From: Candidatus Hydrothermarchaeum profundi
GTDB lineage: Archaea > Hydrothermarchaeota > Hydrothermarchaeia > Hydrothermarchaeales > Hydrothermarchaeaceae
Direction: 5' to 3'
DNA: 23,277 bases
NCBI GenBank assembly: GCA_002011125.2
Contig: MTMF02000004.1
Location: 1-23,277, forward strand
In this document: piece by piece, positions 8,694 through 17,877 of the stretch
Layout: each line of letters starts with the position of its first letter
How positions within the stretch are numbered: the first letter of the stretch is position 1
The notes under the pieces: generated by a model
Database searches by the model: none
The model's input: the letters and a program-made list of their open reading frames with translations, nothing else
What the model was told of the DNA's origin: nothing
Translations under genes and position numbers: made by a program

Positions 8694-9803
8694 TTAGTAA
8701 TCACTATTTATAACCTCCGTATATAACATGTAAGTTTCTTTTGCTGTATTTTTCCAGGAGAACTTTTCTACTTGTTTTATTGATTTTCCTTTTATTTTTT
8801 TTCTAACAGTTTCATCAATTAGTAGTGTAATAATAGAGTTAGCAAAAGATTTATAATCATTAGGTTCATGGAGTATCGCAGCATTTCCAGTAATTTCAGG
8901 GATCGCATATTTGTTGGAAGCTATAACAGGAGTTCCACATGCCATTGCTTCTAATATTGGGAATCCAAAACTCTCATGATAACTTGGAGAGAAGAAAACT
9001 TTAGCTCCACTATATAAAGCAGGTAAATCTTCTTGAGGTGTCCAACCTAAAAATATTACATCTCTTTTATTAAGCTTATATTGGTTGAGTTTTTTCTCAT
9101 ATTTTTCTCTCCATTTATTACCAGCAATTACAAGTTTTATCCCATTAATCTCTTCTTTTACTAATCTAAATGACTTAAATAGCGTATTAGGATTCTTTAT
9201 TTTTGAATATACACTAACATGGAAAATATATGCTTCATTAATTCTATATTTTGCTTTAATCATTTTCACTTCCTCCAATGTTCGAGGATAAAAAATTGAA
9301 TGATCGATACCTTCATATATAACCTTTATTTTTTCTTCTGGACATTTTAAATAATTTGCTAAGGTATTTTTTATACTATAAGAAACTGCAATTATTCTAT
9401 CAAAGAATTTTATTACTTTAGGTTCTATAAATCTTTTCAACGCTTCTATAGTCTTGTTGTATCCAAGTTCAGGCTCTACCCACCATATGTCTCCATGTAC
9501 GGTTACAACTTTTTTACATTTTATTTTATTTACAAAGATTCTCCAAGACCAAGGTATAGCATTAAAATGAATAATATCAAGATTTAATTTATTGATAAAA
9601 TATTCACCTAGTAAAGGGGATTTTGGTATTATTGCTTCTTCGTTTTCCTTATATATTTTATGATAGCTCTTTTTATGATGAATTAAAACAATTTCTATAT
9701 TTCTGAACATTTTCTGTAGATTTTCAATTAACTTTATTTGATAGAGACTCGGTGCTAATTTTGGATATTTATCTAAATAGTGAGTATAGAATCCTATTCT
9801 CAT
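8694..9803 (-). CDS. GT4 glycosyltransferase (MtfB/WbaZ-like)
   Basis: VVTVHG and PSYHESFGFPILEAMACGTPVI (EX7E motif). ATG 9803 preferred over GTG 9812. Confidence 0.9.
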   Translation of the reverse strand: MRIGFYTHYLDKYPKLAPSLYQIKLIENLQKMFRNIEIVLIHHKKSYHKIYKENEEAIIPKSPLLGEYFINKLNLDIIHFNAIPWSWRIFVNKIKCKKVVTVHGDIWWVEPELGYNKTIEALKRFIEPKVIKFFDRIIAVSYSIKNTLANYLKCPEEKIKVIYEGIDHSIFYPRTLEEVKMIKAKYRINEAYIFHVSVYSKIKNPNTLFKSFRLVKEEINGIKLVIAGNKWREKYEKKLNQYKLNKRDVIFLGWTPQEDLPALYSGAKVFFSPSYHESFGFPILEAMACGTPVIASNKYAIPEITGNAAILHEPNDYKSFANSIITLLIDETVRKKIKGKSIKQVEKFSWKNTAKETYMLYTEVINSDY

Positions 9804-9880
9804 AAAGTGCACCTTTTTGAAATTTATTAATATTCTAATTCAAATAGATTATTATCAAGATTTTATGCTTCACTAGATTT

Positions 9881-10636
9881 TCATATCTTTTCACTTTTCT
9901 TCAAGAATTCTTTTATGTCGAAATATACATCAGCCAAAGTTACATTAGGAATATCTCTTTTTTTACAAATAATAATTATTCTCTCTGACAATCTTGGAAA
10001 TATATTGGCTATAAATCTACTAATAATATTATTAAAAGAATAGATATAGGTACCTTTAATTCGTTCTATCTTAAACCCATTAAACCTTAAAACAGCTTTT
10101 AATATTCGAAGTGTATAATCTCTAACATGGATAGATTTATATCTTGCAGATTGCATAGGAGGCAAATCTAAGAAAATTTGCATGAACCACGAAGCTGGGT
10201 GTGAAACGTTTGGCACATTGATTATAAGCTTCCCATCATTTTTTAACACTCTATGGATTTCTCTCAATAAATTGTCAGGATCAATTATATGTTCTAGTAA
10301 ATCATTAATTATCACAACATCGAAAGTATCATTGTCAAAAGGCAATTTTTCACTTTCCACATCGCATAAATATGTTTTATAACCTCTTTTCTGCGCTATT
10401 TTTAGAGCTTTTTCAGATATATCAATTCCATACACATCAATTTTGGGAATTCTTACAAATGATTCTAATAGTTGTCCTCCCCCACATCCAACATCTAAGA
10501 TTCTAAACGTCTTTTCTTTATTTCTATTTGTAACAATAGATCTCACAATAGATAAAACTACGATGTCTGACATTTCTTTGTGTTCTTTAACCGGATATTT
10601 TTCGAATACTTTTTTTTGAAATTGGGAATTTTTCAT
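9881..10636 (-). CDS. Class I SAM-dependent methyltransferase
   Basis: ILDVGCGGG, GIDIS, LPFDNDTFDVV, LLEHI, and EIHRVLKNDGKL. Confidence 0.92.
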   Translation of the reverse strand: MKNSQFQKKVFEKYPVKEHKEMSDIVVLSIVRSIVTNRNKEKTFRILDVGCGGGQLLESFVRIPKIDVYGIDISEKALKIAQKRGYKTYLCDVESEKLPFDNDTFDVVIINDLLEHIIDPDNLLREIHRVLKNDGKLIINVPNVSHPASWFMQIFLDLPPMQSARYKSIHVRDYTLRILKAVLRFNGFKIERIKGTYIYSFNNIISRFIANIFPRLSERIIIICKKRDIPNVTLADVYFDIKEFLKKSEKI

Positions 10637-12046
10637 TTATATATACCTCCTAATTAATCTTCCAACATCCCACACACATTCTACTTTTATTGGTGGTTTA
10701 AAATTACTAATAAATATTCCATAAAGTGCATGATCTCCAAACCTATTTTCAATATTTTCAAAATAATTGCTATTTATATTATAATCCATTATTTCATAAC
10801 CATCATTTGGTAATAAAACAATTTCTGGGTATTCATACAAATTTATATCTAATTCATCCTTTGACAATACGTTTTTAAAAACTTCAGTACCTGTTAGTGG
10901 ATCTTTAACTTCTTTCAATTTTAATTTTAGTTCATTTACTAGATTAATGACTTCTCCATCAATAACACAACCTTGTGGTTCTCTTCCTTTTATATTTATC
11001 CTTATTAGTCCATTTGAGCCTCTGTAGAAGAATGCTTTTGTATTGGTCCAATCAGCGTTAAATAGATATTGATGTGAACTACTTGGTATAATTTTAAGCA
11101 AATGCTTTGTAAATTTACTATGCTCTATTTTTCCGAGAAATCCTTTTAAACCTATCTTTTTCATATAATTTCTTACTTTTTCAGCATCAATACCTAGTTT
11201 TAGGAGGGTGTTAGAATTAGATCTTAGCTTTAGATAACCCTCTTTCTCTAACCATGTATTTACATAAAATCTCCTATATACTCTCCTAAATCCGTGATCT
11301 GAAGCTATTATAACTTTTATTTCTTCTTTATTTTCACTAATAACTTCTTTTAGGATTTTACCTACTAATTTATCAACTCGTTTGTAGTGTTGCTCTACAA
11401 ATTCTTTATTATCAAATGCAAAATGTTGAATTACGTCTAACGATCTTAAAACAATTGCTCCAAAATCCCATTCATTCTCATTTAAAAGATAAACAAATAG
11501 ATCAACCTGATCATTTTCTGTCTTAATAATATTTTGCTCTAGTTTGTAGATACTAATTCCCTGTTCTAATTTATCCTCACCAAGATCAACGTCAAAATGT
11601 GGAAAATTTCTGATTATAAACCTCTTTAAGGAAGGGGGGTAAACGAAATTAGAAGTTTTTCCTGGAGAACCTAAACCAGTTATCATGATACCATTAATTC
11701 TCTCTGGAGGATATGAAAATGGAATATTCACAATAATAGATTTTTTGTTTTTCTCACTGAGCATATTCCAAATTGCTCTGACTTTCCTATCTTTTGACGT
11801 GACAGGCCTATAGAAGTATTCCCCTTCTTTTTGCTTTAAAAATCCCCAATTGCCATGCTTATGGGAAGGGACACCAGTAAATATTGATGTCCATGCTGCA
11901 GGAGAAAGGGGTGGTATTGTACTCATTAACCGTGAAAATTGACCGTTCTCAGATATTTTTGCAAGATTTTTTAGTTCGTTATTGTCCAATAATCTTTTTG
12001 TTATGTTATAATCGGCCCCATCTATTCCTATTAGCAAGACTTTTTC
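10637..12046 (-). CDS. Alkaline-phosphatase superfamily protein (type I phosphodiesterase/nucleotide pyrophosphatase-like)
   Basis: LIGIDGA, STIPPLSPAAWTSIFTG, SDHGF, INIKGREPQG and GDH motifs. ATG 12046 preferred over the ORF-track start at 12064. Confidence 0.88.
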   Translation of the reverse strand, partial: EKVLLIGIDGADYNITKRLLDNNELKNLAKISENGQFSRLMSTIPPLSPAAWTSIFTGVPSHKHGNWGFLKQKEGEYFYRPVTSKDRKVRAIWNMLSEKNKKSIIVNIPFSYPPERINGIMITGLGSPGKTSNFVYPPSLKRFIIRNFPHFDVDLGEDKLEQGISIYKLEQNIIKTENDQVDLFVYLLNENEWDFGAIVLRSLDVIQHFAFDNKEFVEQHYKRVDKLVGKILKEVISENKEEIKVIIASDHGFRRVYRRFYVNTWLEKEGYLKLRSNSNTLLKLGIDAEKVRNYMKKIGLKGFLGKIEHSKFTKHLLKIIPSSSHQYLFNADWTNTKAFFYRGSNGLIRINIKGREPQGCVIDGEVINLVNELKLKLKEVKDPLTGTEVFKNVLSKDELDINLYEYPEIVLLPNDGYEIMDYNINSNYFENIENRFGDHALYGIFISNFKPPIKVECVWDVGRLIRRYI

Positions 12047-12987
12047 CATTTTAATCCACTCCAAATTCCGTTTAAATAACTCATTGCTATCTTTAACCTC
12101 TCCCTCAATGGCTTTTTAGATCCAAACAAAATCACTCTCAAATAGTATAAAGCGAATAACCAGTTGAAAATGAAAATGAAAAAGAAAAATTGCCATAATT
12201 TTGAGTATTTTTTGTGGAATATAATTCTATTTCTCCCGCAATAATATGCTCTATATTCATTATGACAGTGGAACAATCTTGCCTTATCCTTTTCTTCCTC
12301 TGGCAAAGGAATGTCATGCCAAACTTTTGCTTTTGGATTAAAAATTATTTTATATCCTGCTCTTCTCACTTTTTCCCCATAATCTGCCTCATCATAATGT
12401 ATAGGAAAATCTTTTTCATTAAATGGTCCTACTATATCTATAACTTCTCTTCTTATCATGAAGGCATTAAGAATATCGACAGATTCTATCAGATCTTTAA
12501 ATGGTATATTGACAATTTTTTCTGCTCCTATTTTTTTTGTTAATGAAGTAATCATATTTCTTCTGACTCCAGCACACCAAATCCTATTAGGTTGCTTATA
12601 ATAATACATTACTGGTGCAATAACCCCTATTTTTGGGTATATTTCTAATATTTTAACTAATTGAAAAATACAACTTTTATCAACAATGTTATCGTCATCT
12701 ATTAAAAAAATGTACTTACCATTAGAATTTTTGATACCGACATTCCTAGAACCTGCAAGAAACTTTTTTTTATCATTTCTAACTATCTTAATTTCAGGAA
12801 AATTTTTTTTTACCTCTTCATAAGTCCCATCAGTTGATTCATCGTCAACAACAATTATTTCTAACCTCTCTTTTGGATAATCACTATTAAAAATTGAATT
12901 AATTAATCTAATCAATTTTTCCTTTCTATTATATGTTGGAATTACAACTGAAACTAGGGGATAACCTTTAGACTCATTCGATGACAT
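12031..12987 (-). CDS. GT2 glycosyltransferase
   Basis: VSVVIPTYNR, IVVDDESTDGT, FLIDDD, and YDEADY. Overlaps both neighbours, consistent with an operon. Confidence 0.92.
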   Translation of the reverse strand: MSSNESKGYPLVSVVIPTYNRKEKLIRLINSIFNSDYPKERLEIIVVDDESTDGTYEEVKKNFPEIKIVRNDKKKFLAGSRNVGIKNSNGKYIFLIDDDNIVDKSCIFQLVKILEIYPKIGVIAPVMYYYKQPNRIWCAGVRRNMITSLTKKIGAEKIVNIPFKDLIESVDILNAFMIRREVIDIVGPFNEKDFPIHYDEADYGEKVRRAGYKIIFNPKAKVWHDIPLPEEEKDKARLFHCHNEYRAYYCGRNRIIFHKKYSKLWQFFFFIFIFNWLFALYYLRVILFGSKKPLRERLKIAMSYLNGIWSGLKWKKSC

Positions 12988-14050
12988 TCTCAATCACCCT
13001 TTCAAACTCCTCGGTGCTTCTATCCCAGTTAAACCGCTTAGCCCATTCTATTGCGTTCCTGCTCAGGCGCAGTCTGAGCTCTTCGTCGGTTAAAAGCTTC
13101 ACCATCGCCTCGGCAAAAGTTTGGATGTCGCCTCTCTCTACGAGCAAGCCGTTGTACTCGTGCTTTATGGAGTCTCTTAAACCCGGGATGTCGTAGCCCA
13201 CTGCAGGCGTGGCGCAAGCGTTGGCTTGTGTTACTACTTGCCCCCATCCTTCTCTTACCCCAGGTACCGCGATAATCCAAGCTTTCCTTAGCAGTTCCAC
13301 CTTGGTTTTGCCGTTTACGAATCCGAAGAAATTTACATCCTTGGCTTTGTCCTTGAGCTTTCTTCGCAGGTAGCCATCCCCAACCATCCAGAGCTGAGCA
13401 TCCTTAACCTCTTTCTTCACCAGCCTGAATGCCTCGACAACATCCTGTGGCTTTTTTGCCCTCTTCATTCTGCCCAAGAAGATTACTGTAGGGCGCTCGC
13501 TTTTCTTGGGTATGGCGTCGAGGGGTTTAACGTCTAAGCCGTTGCGCACGATGAAGACCCTCTTAAAGCCTAGCTGCTCTAGGTCGTGCTTCGTTGACTC
13601 TGAAACGGTGATGGTGGGTACGCTCCGGTAATGGCTGAGCCAGTAGTTTTCAAGAAAGTAGTACCCTATGATGCTTACGGGAAAATGGGTCTCGTAAAAC
13701 CAAAACTCCCTGGCGAGCTGGTGTATCAGAGCGATAATTTTTTCCTTCGCAACGAATTTGGGGGTGAGGAATGGCCTGGTGTTGATCTCGTCGATTACCA
13801 CGTCGAAGCGGTTACCATTCTTCCTGTAGAATTTCTTCGCCTTCGCGTAAACTGTGTATTTTCCACCATATCTGAGCACCTTAACTCCGTCCAAACTCTC
13901 CTCCTTTTCACATCCCTTAAACTCAGCGGTAAACAGCGTTACGGAGTAACCTTTCTCCACCAGCCTTTTTGCTATTTCATGGGTGTAGACCTCTGCACCG
14001 CCCGCTTCTGGATTTTTTATGTCCCGCCAGTTAAACCATAGAATTTTCAT
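12974..14050 (-). CDS. GT4 glycosyltransferase, Rv0225-like subfamily
   Basis: WFNWRDIKNPEAGGAEVY N-terminus, ITVSEST, and EGWGQVVTQANACATP. ATG 14050 preferred. Confidence 0.88.
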   Translation of the reverse strand: MKILWFNWRDIKNPEAGGAEVYTHEIAKRLVEKGYSVTLFTAEFKGCEKEESLDGVKVLRYGGKYTVYAKAKKFYRKNGNRFDVVIDEINTRPFLTPKFVAKEKIIALIHQLAREFWFYETHFPVSIIGYYFLENYWLSHYRSVPTITVSESTKHDLEQLGFKRVFIVRNGLDVKPLDAIPKKSERPTVIFLGRMKRAKKPQDVVEAFRLVKKEVKDAQLWMVGDGYLRRKLKDKAKDVNFFGFVNGKTKVELLRKAWIIAVPGVREGWGQVVTQANACATPAVGYDIPGLRDSIKHEYNGLLVERGDIQTFAEAMVKLLTDEELRLRLSRNAIEWAKRFNWDRSTEEFERVIENVIE

Positions 14051-14082
14051 TCTCTTCGCCTTCAATAGGCAAACACTAAGCG

Positions 14083-14859
14083 CTACCTGTCGTAGTACTT
14101 TAGGATATGCATTCTGTAGGCAATCGCAAGAGTATCCACAAACATGTCACATATCGCCTTCCAGTTTATTCTGCTATCATTGTTAAAGGTTAGCTTTACT
14201 GGTGCTTCCACTATGCGATACCCCCTCCTAACCGCATTTGCTAGTAACTCAACATCAAAGGCATACCTCTTTACAAGAATCTTTGGCATCACCTGTTCCA
14301 GCACCTCTCGCTTAAAAAGCTTTAAGCCAACCTGCGTATCCCTGACATTCAGGTTGAAGAGCGCCTTTGTGAGCAGAAAATAGGCTTGACTCAACATCTT
14401 TCTTCCGGTTGGGTAGTTTACAACCATTGAATTCGGGTGTCTCTTTGAGCCGATCACAACGTCAGCTCCGCTTTTGGACATTATTTCAAAAAATCTATCT
14501 ATCTGCTTGGGTGGCAGGTCACCGTCTGCATCTATGAAAAATATCAGCTCACCCTTAGAGTTCTCAAAACCATACTTCAGGGCGAATCCCTTTCCTCTGT
14601 TTTTACTGTAGGAGAGCACTTTAACTATGCCGTTATGCATTTTTTCAAGTTTCTTTGCTTTTTGCAGGGTGGAGTCGGTGCTTCCGTCATCCACGAGGAG
14701 TATCTCGTATCTTTTATTTAGCGTGTACATCGCTTCCTTAAGTTCATTCACCACCTTTGCGATGCCATTGCTCTCGTTGAAGGCGGGCACGACAAAGGAG
14801 ACCATCTTCCAATCCGCCTTGTAGTGAATTGGTGAACTGCTCGAGACGCTACTCTCCAT
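14083..14859 (-). CDS. GT2, DPM1-like polyprenol-phosphate glycosyltransferase
   Basis: VPAFNE, VDDGSTD, NRGKGFA, FIDADGD, DTQVGLKLF, and YAFDVELL. RBS GGAGGGG. Confidence 0.88.
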   Translation of the reverse strand: MESSVSSSSPIHYKADWKMVSFVVPAFNESNGIAKVVNELKEAMYTLNKRYEILLVDDGSTDSTLQKAKKLEKMHNGIVKVLSYSKNRGKGFALKYGFENSKGELIFFIDADGDLPPKQIDRFFEIMSKSGADVVIGSKRHPNSMVVNYPTGRKMLSQAYFLLTKALFNLNVRDTQVGLKLFKREVLEQVMPKILVKRYAFDVELLANAVRRGYRIVEAPVKLTFNNDSRINWKAICDMFVDTLAIAYRMHILKYYDR

Positions 14860-14896
14860 TATGGACCCCTCCTGGGATAGGATAAAAATCCTGCTT

Positions 14897-14911
14897 GTTA
14901 ATAAAGCTTTC
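14897..14911 (-). promoter_or_regulatory. BRE-TATA (GAAAGC-TTTATTAA) upstream of the DPM1-like gene
   Basis: Good archaeal consensus ~38 nt upstream of ATG 14859. Confidence 0.55.
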
Positions 14912-14930
14912 TCAAATATTGATATTGGCT

Positions 14931-16196
14931 TTATAACAAAGCGCTCCTCTCAGGGATACCCGCTCTCCAGGTATAAGCTAGGCTCGCAATGAGGAGAGCA
15001 AGGTTCGCAAAGAGAAGCACCTCCACCATGGCTAAGGGTGAGGAGTGGAAGACTAACAGGAGGAAAATCTCAAGAAAGGTGAAGCCCGCGAAGAGCGCGA
15101 CATAGCGCATGTTTCTTACCGCTAGGTGATAGTTGAGTATAATTACCGAGAGGGAGAAGAAGAGCATGGCTAAGCCGTAGGGGCCAACCAAAGGCAGAGC
15201 TTCGACGTAGCGGGAGCCAAATAGAATTACTACAAGGTGGGGGAATAAGAGGTAGGCGGCAACCACTGAGCCAGAGAGCAGGGAAGCGTAGGCAAGGCTT
15301 CGCTTGAGCACTATACTGGTGTCTTCTCCTCTAGCATGAATCTCGGCAATCATTGGGAACATCACCGCATAAATCGCCGAGGGGAAGAAGAATATTATCT
15401 TGCCAAGCACACTTGCCGAGGTGTAGAGTCCCGCCTCGCGGGCGGAGAAGAAGTACTTGGCGAGCACCACGTCTAGGTTTGCTGGAACAGAAAAGCAGAA
15501 CATTGCAAGCATTACCGGCGCGGAGTAGGAGTAGAAGGCAGAGAAGTTAAAGCTTGGTTCATAGCTACTCCGCCTGATGTAGGGTGCGATGAGAAAAAAG
15601 GAGATAAACAGGGCGACCAGCGTGCCTAAGGCAACGCCTAGAAGGGCGCCAGTAACTCCGTAGCCTAGGGTAACAAAGGCAATGCCGGAGACGAGCTTGA
15701 AGAAGGCATTGGAAACGTTGAGCATTCCCATGGCAAAGAAACGCTTTAAGCCGCGGAGCACACCGCCGTTAATCGGCGCAACCCAAGCGAGGAAGATAAT
15801 AAATGCGAGGACCACCACGGGCTCAGCGTCGTGAATTTTAAGCAGGGAGGCGATACTTTTGCTCGCGAGCAGGAAGAGCAGCGCAAGGGTAAGCCCTATG
15901 ATTGCAACCCGCTTAATAGCGCCCAGAACAAAAAAACCTATCTCTTTACCCTCAGCTATGAACTTGGAAACAAAGTTCGTAGCGGCGGTGGAGAGCGTCT
16001 GGGAGATCACGCCTATCATGTAAAAAATCGCAAACAGGGCGCCGAAGATGCCATACTGCTCAGGTCCTAAAGCCCTGCCCATGTACACCTGGTATACGTA
16101 GTTCAGGGTGTTGGTCACGAGGGAGGCGATGAACATCACACTGCCATGCCTCAAAAGCTCATCCTTAAGTAATACCTGAGAAAATTTCATTGCCAT
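14931..16196 (-). CDS. Wzx/MOP-family oligosaccharide flippase
   Basis: About 12 hydrophobic segments. RALGPEQYG, NLDVVLAKYF...AGLY, and ILFGSRY patterns. Confidence 0.88.
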   Translation of the reverse strand: MAMKFSQVLLKDELLRHGSVMFIASLVTNTLNYVYQVYMGRALGPEQYGIFGALFAIFYMIGVISQTLSTAATNFVSKFIAEGKEIGFFVLGAIKRVAIIGLTLALLFLLASKSIASLLKIHDAEPVVVLAFIIFLAWVAPINGGVLRGLKRFFAMGMLNVSNAFFKLVSGIAFVTLGYGVTGALLGVALGTLVALFISFFLIAPYIRRSSYEPSFNFSAFYSYSAPVMLAMFCFSVPANLDVVLAKYFFSAREAGLYTSASVLGKIIFFFPSAIYAVMFPMIAEIHARGEDTSIVLKRSLAYASLLSGSVVAAYLLFPHLVVILFGSRYVEALPLVGPYGLAMLFFSLSVIILNYHLAVRNMRYVALFAGFTFLEIFLLLVFHSSPLAMVEVLLFANLALLIASLAYTWRAGIPERSALL

Positions 16197-16276
16197 GCTT
16201 GAAGATGCCTCCGTGTGTTACTCCTTTCCTTCTAAACCGGTAAACCTGCCTGCCCCATTACCATTGGGGATACACA

Positions 16277-17659
16277 TTAAAAAAAAAGCTTAAGCCTCCC
16301 GTACTCATCCTCAAACCTTTCTATGTCGTCCTCTTGGATGTACTCTCCGGTCTGGATTTCAATAAGGTGGAGGTTGACTTTGCCCGGGTTTTCTAAGCGG
16401 TGCTTCACAGATTTAGGTATATATATGCTCTCATTCTCGTGCACGAAGACTTCCACGAGCTTGCCATTCTCCTCTCTGGTTACCTTGGCGGTGCCTTTAA
16501 CAACAATCCAGTGCTCAGCCCTGTGATGGTGCCTCTGCAGTGAGATGCTTCTCCCAGGGTAGATGCACAGCCTCTTGACCTTGTAGCGTTCCCCATCTTC
16601 CAGCAGGGTATAATATCCCCAGGGCTTGTGCACTGTGGTGTGAATTTTAGCTTCTTCTCTGCCCTCGGCGAGCAGCTCTTCAGCTATTGCCTTAACCTCT
16701 TCTGACTTTTCCTTGCTGGCTACTAGGAGAGCGTCCTTTGTGTCTATTATTGCCAGATTTTCAACGCCGAGACAGGCGATAAGGCGGTCGTCTCCATAGA
16801 TTAGACACTCCTTAGCGTCCCTGAGTATAGCTTTGCCCTTTACAGCGTTTCTCTTGGCGTCTTTTGGCATAATCTCGTAAACACTTTTCCAGTTCCCTAT
16901 GTCCTGCCATCTGCCGGAGTAGGGCATTACTGCCGAGCGAGAGGAGCGCTCCATTATGGCATAGTCTATGCTGATACTGGGCAGTTTCTCGTAGTCATTC
17001 AGAAGCTCCTCATAGCTGTGCATATATCTGGCTATCTCGGGGGCATGAGTTTTGAACTCTTCCATGAGCACAGAAGGAGAAAAGAGGAAGATGCCTGAGT
17101 TCCAGAAACAGCCCTCTTTTATTAGTCGCTCTGCCTTCTCCCGAGAGGGCTTCTCAATGAATTTCTCTACTCTGTAGCCGGTGCTCAGAGGTTCGCCAGG
17201 CTTTATATACCCATAGCCGGTAGCGGGATACCTTGGATTGATTCCGAAGGTTACAAGGTGCTCTTTTGCAAGAGTCTCTGCTTTTGCAACCACATCAAAA
17301 AAATCACGGCTCAGAACATGGTCGCTGGGCATGGCGAGGAAGCTTTTATCTCCATAATTCTCGGCAATGAAGAGCGAGGCTAAAGCTATTGCAGGAGCGG
17401 TGTTTTTTCTATGGGGCTCCAGAATTATATTATCCTCAGATACAATATCGCCGATTTCATCTCTCACATTAAAGAGGTGCTCTCTGTTGGTGGCAACCAC
17501 TATCTCGTCGGCATGCTCTTTTGCAAGTTCAGCAGTACTCCTGAGCAGGCTACTACTTCCATTCAGAGAGAGAAACTGCTTTGGATAAAGCTCTCTGCTC
17601 AGTGGCCAGAGCCTTGTTCCACATCCCCCTGCAAGTATAAGTGCTATCATGTTATTCAT
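16277..17659 (-). CDS. manC: Mannose-1-phosphate guanylyltransferase / mannose-6-phosphate isomerase
   Basis: ILAGGCGTRLWPLSRELYPKQF, NTAPAI, PSDH, GYGYI, FIEKP, SIDYAIME, and the C-terminal cupin SLQRHHHRAEHW. Confidence 0.95.
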   Translation of the reverse strand: MNNMIALILAGGCGTRLWPLSRELYPKQFLSLNGSSSLLRSTAELAKEHADEIVVATNREHLFNVRDEIGDIVSEDNIILEPHRKNTAPAIALASLFIAENYGDKSFLAMPSDHVLSRDFFDVVAKAETLAKEHLVTFGINPRYPATGYGYIKPGEPLSTGYRVEKFIEKPSREKAERLIKEGCFWNSGIFLFSPSVLMEEFKTHAPEIARYMHSYEELLNDYEKLPSISIDYAIMERSSRSAVMPYSGRWQDIGNWKSVYEIMPKDAKRNAVKGKAILRDAKECLIYGDDRLIACLGVENLAIIDTKDALLVASKEKSEEVKAIAEELLAEGREEAKIHTTVHKPWGYYTLLEDGERYKVKRLCIYPGRSISLQRHHHRAEHWIVVKGTAKVTREENGKLVEVFVHENESIYIPKSVKHRLENPGKVNLHLIEIQTGEYIQEDDIERFEDEYGRLKLFF

Positions 17660-17688
17660 CCTCTATGTTCTAAATCGCAAAGAATGGA

Positions 17689-17730
17689 TCAATCGTTGAG
17701 GGCAGGGATTACAATTGAGACTCTTTCCAT
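17689..17730 (-). pseudogene. 13-codon N-terminal stub of a lost GT2 gene (MERVSIVIPALND*)
   Basis: VSIVIPALN is the canonical GT2 first strand. ATG is preceded by the G-rich GGGGGTTGAGA. Lies 29 nt upstream of manC. Confidence 0.7.
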
Positions 17731-17877
17731 TCTCAACCCCCATTGGGTGCATTATATTTCATGAAAACTTTACCTAGGTGAATTACTCTCTAACCGATTC
17801 AAAGGATGTAATGCGCTTCTATAGCCCAAGCTACCCCTGCCTGCCCTGTTATCATCGCAACGCTCAATTCAGGCAGG

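Larger units (their letters stand above)
4810..12980. other. AT-rich variable cassette within the glycosylation locus
   Basis: Hand GC counts: 4741-4800 32/60, 4801-4860 18/60, 5761-5820 13/60, 12901-12960 16/60, 13021-13080 31/60. Confidence 0.85.
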
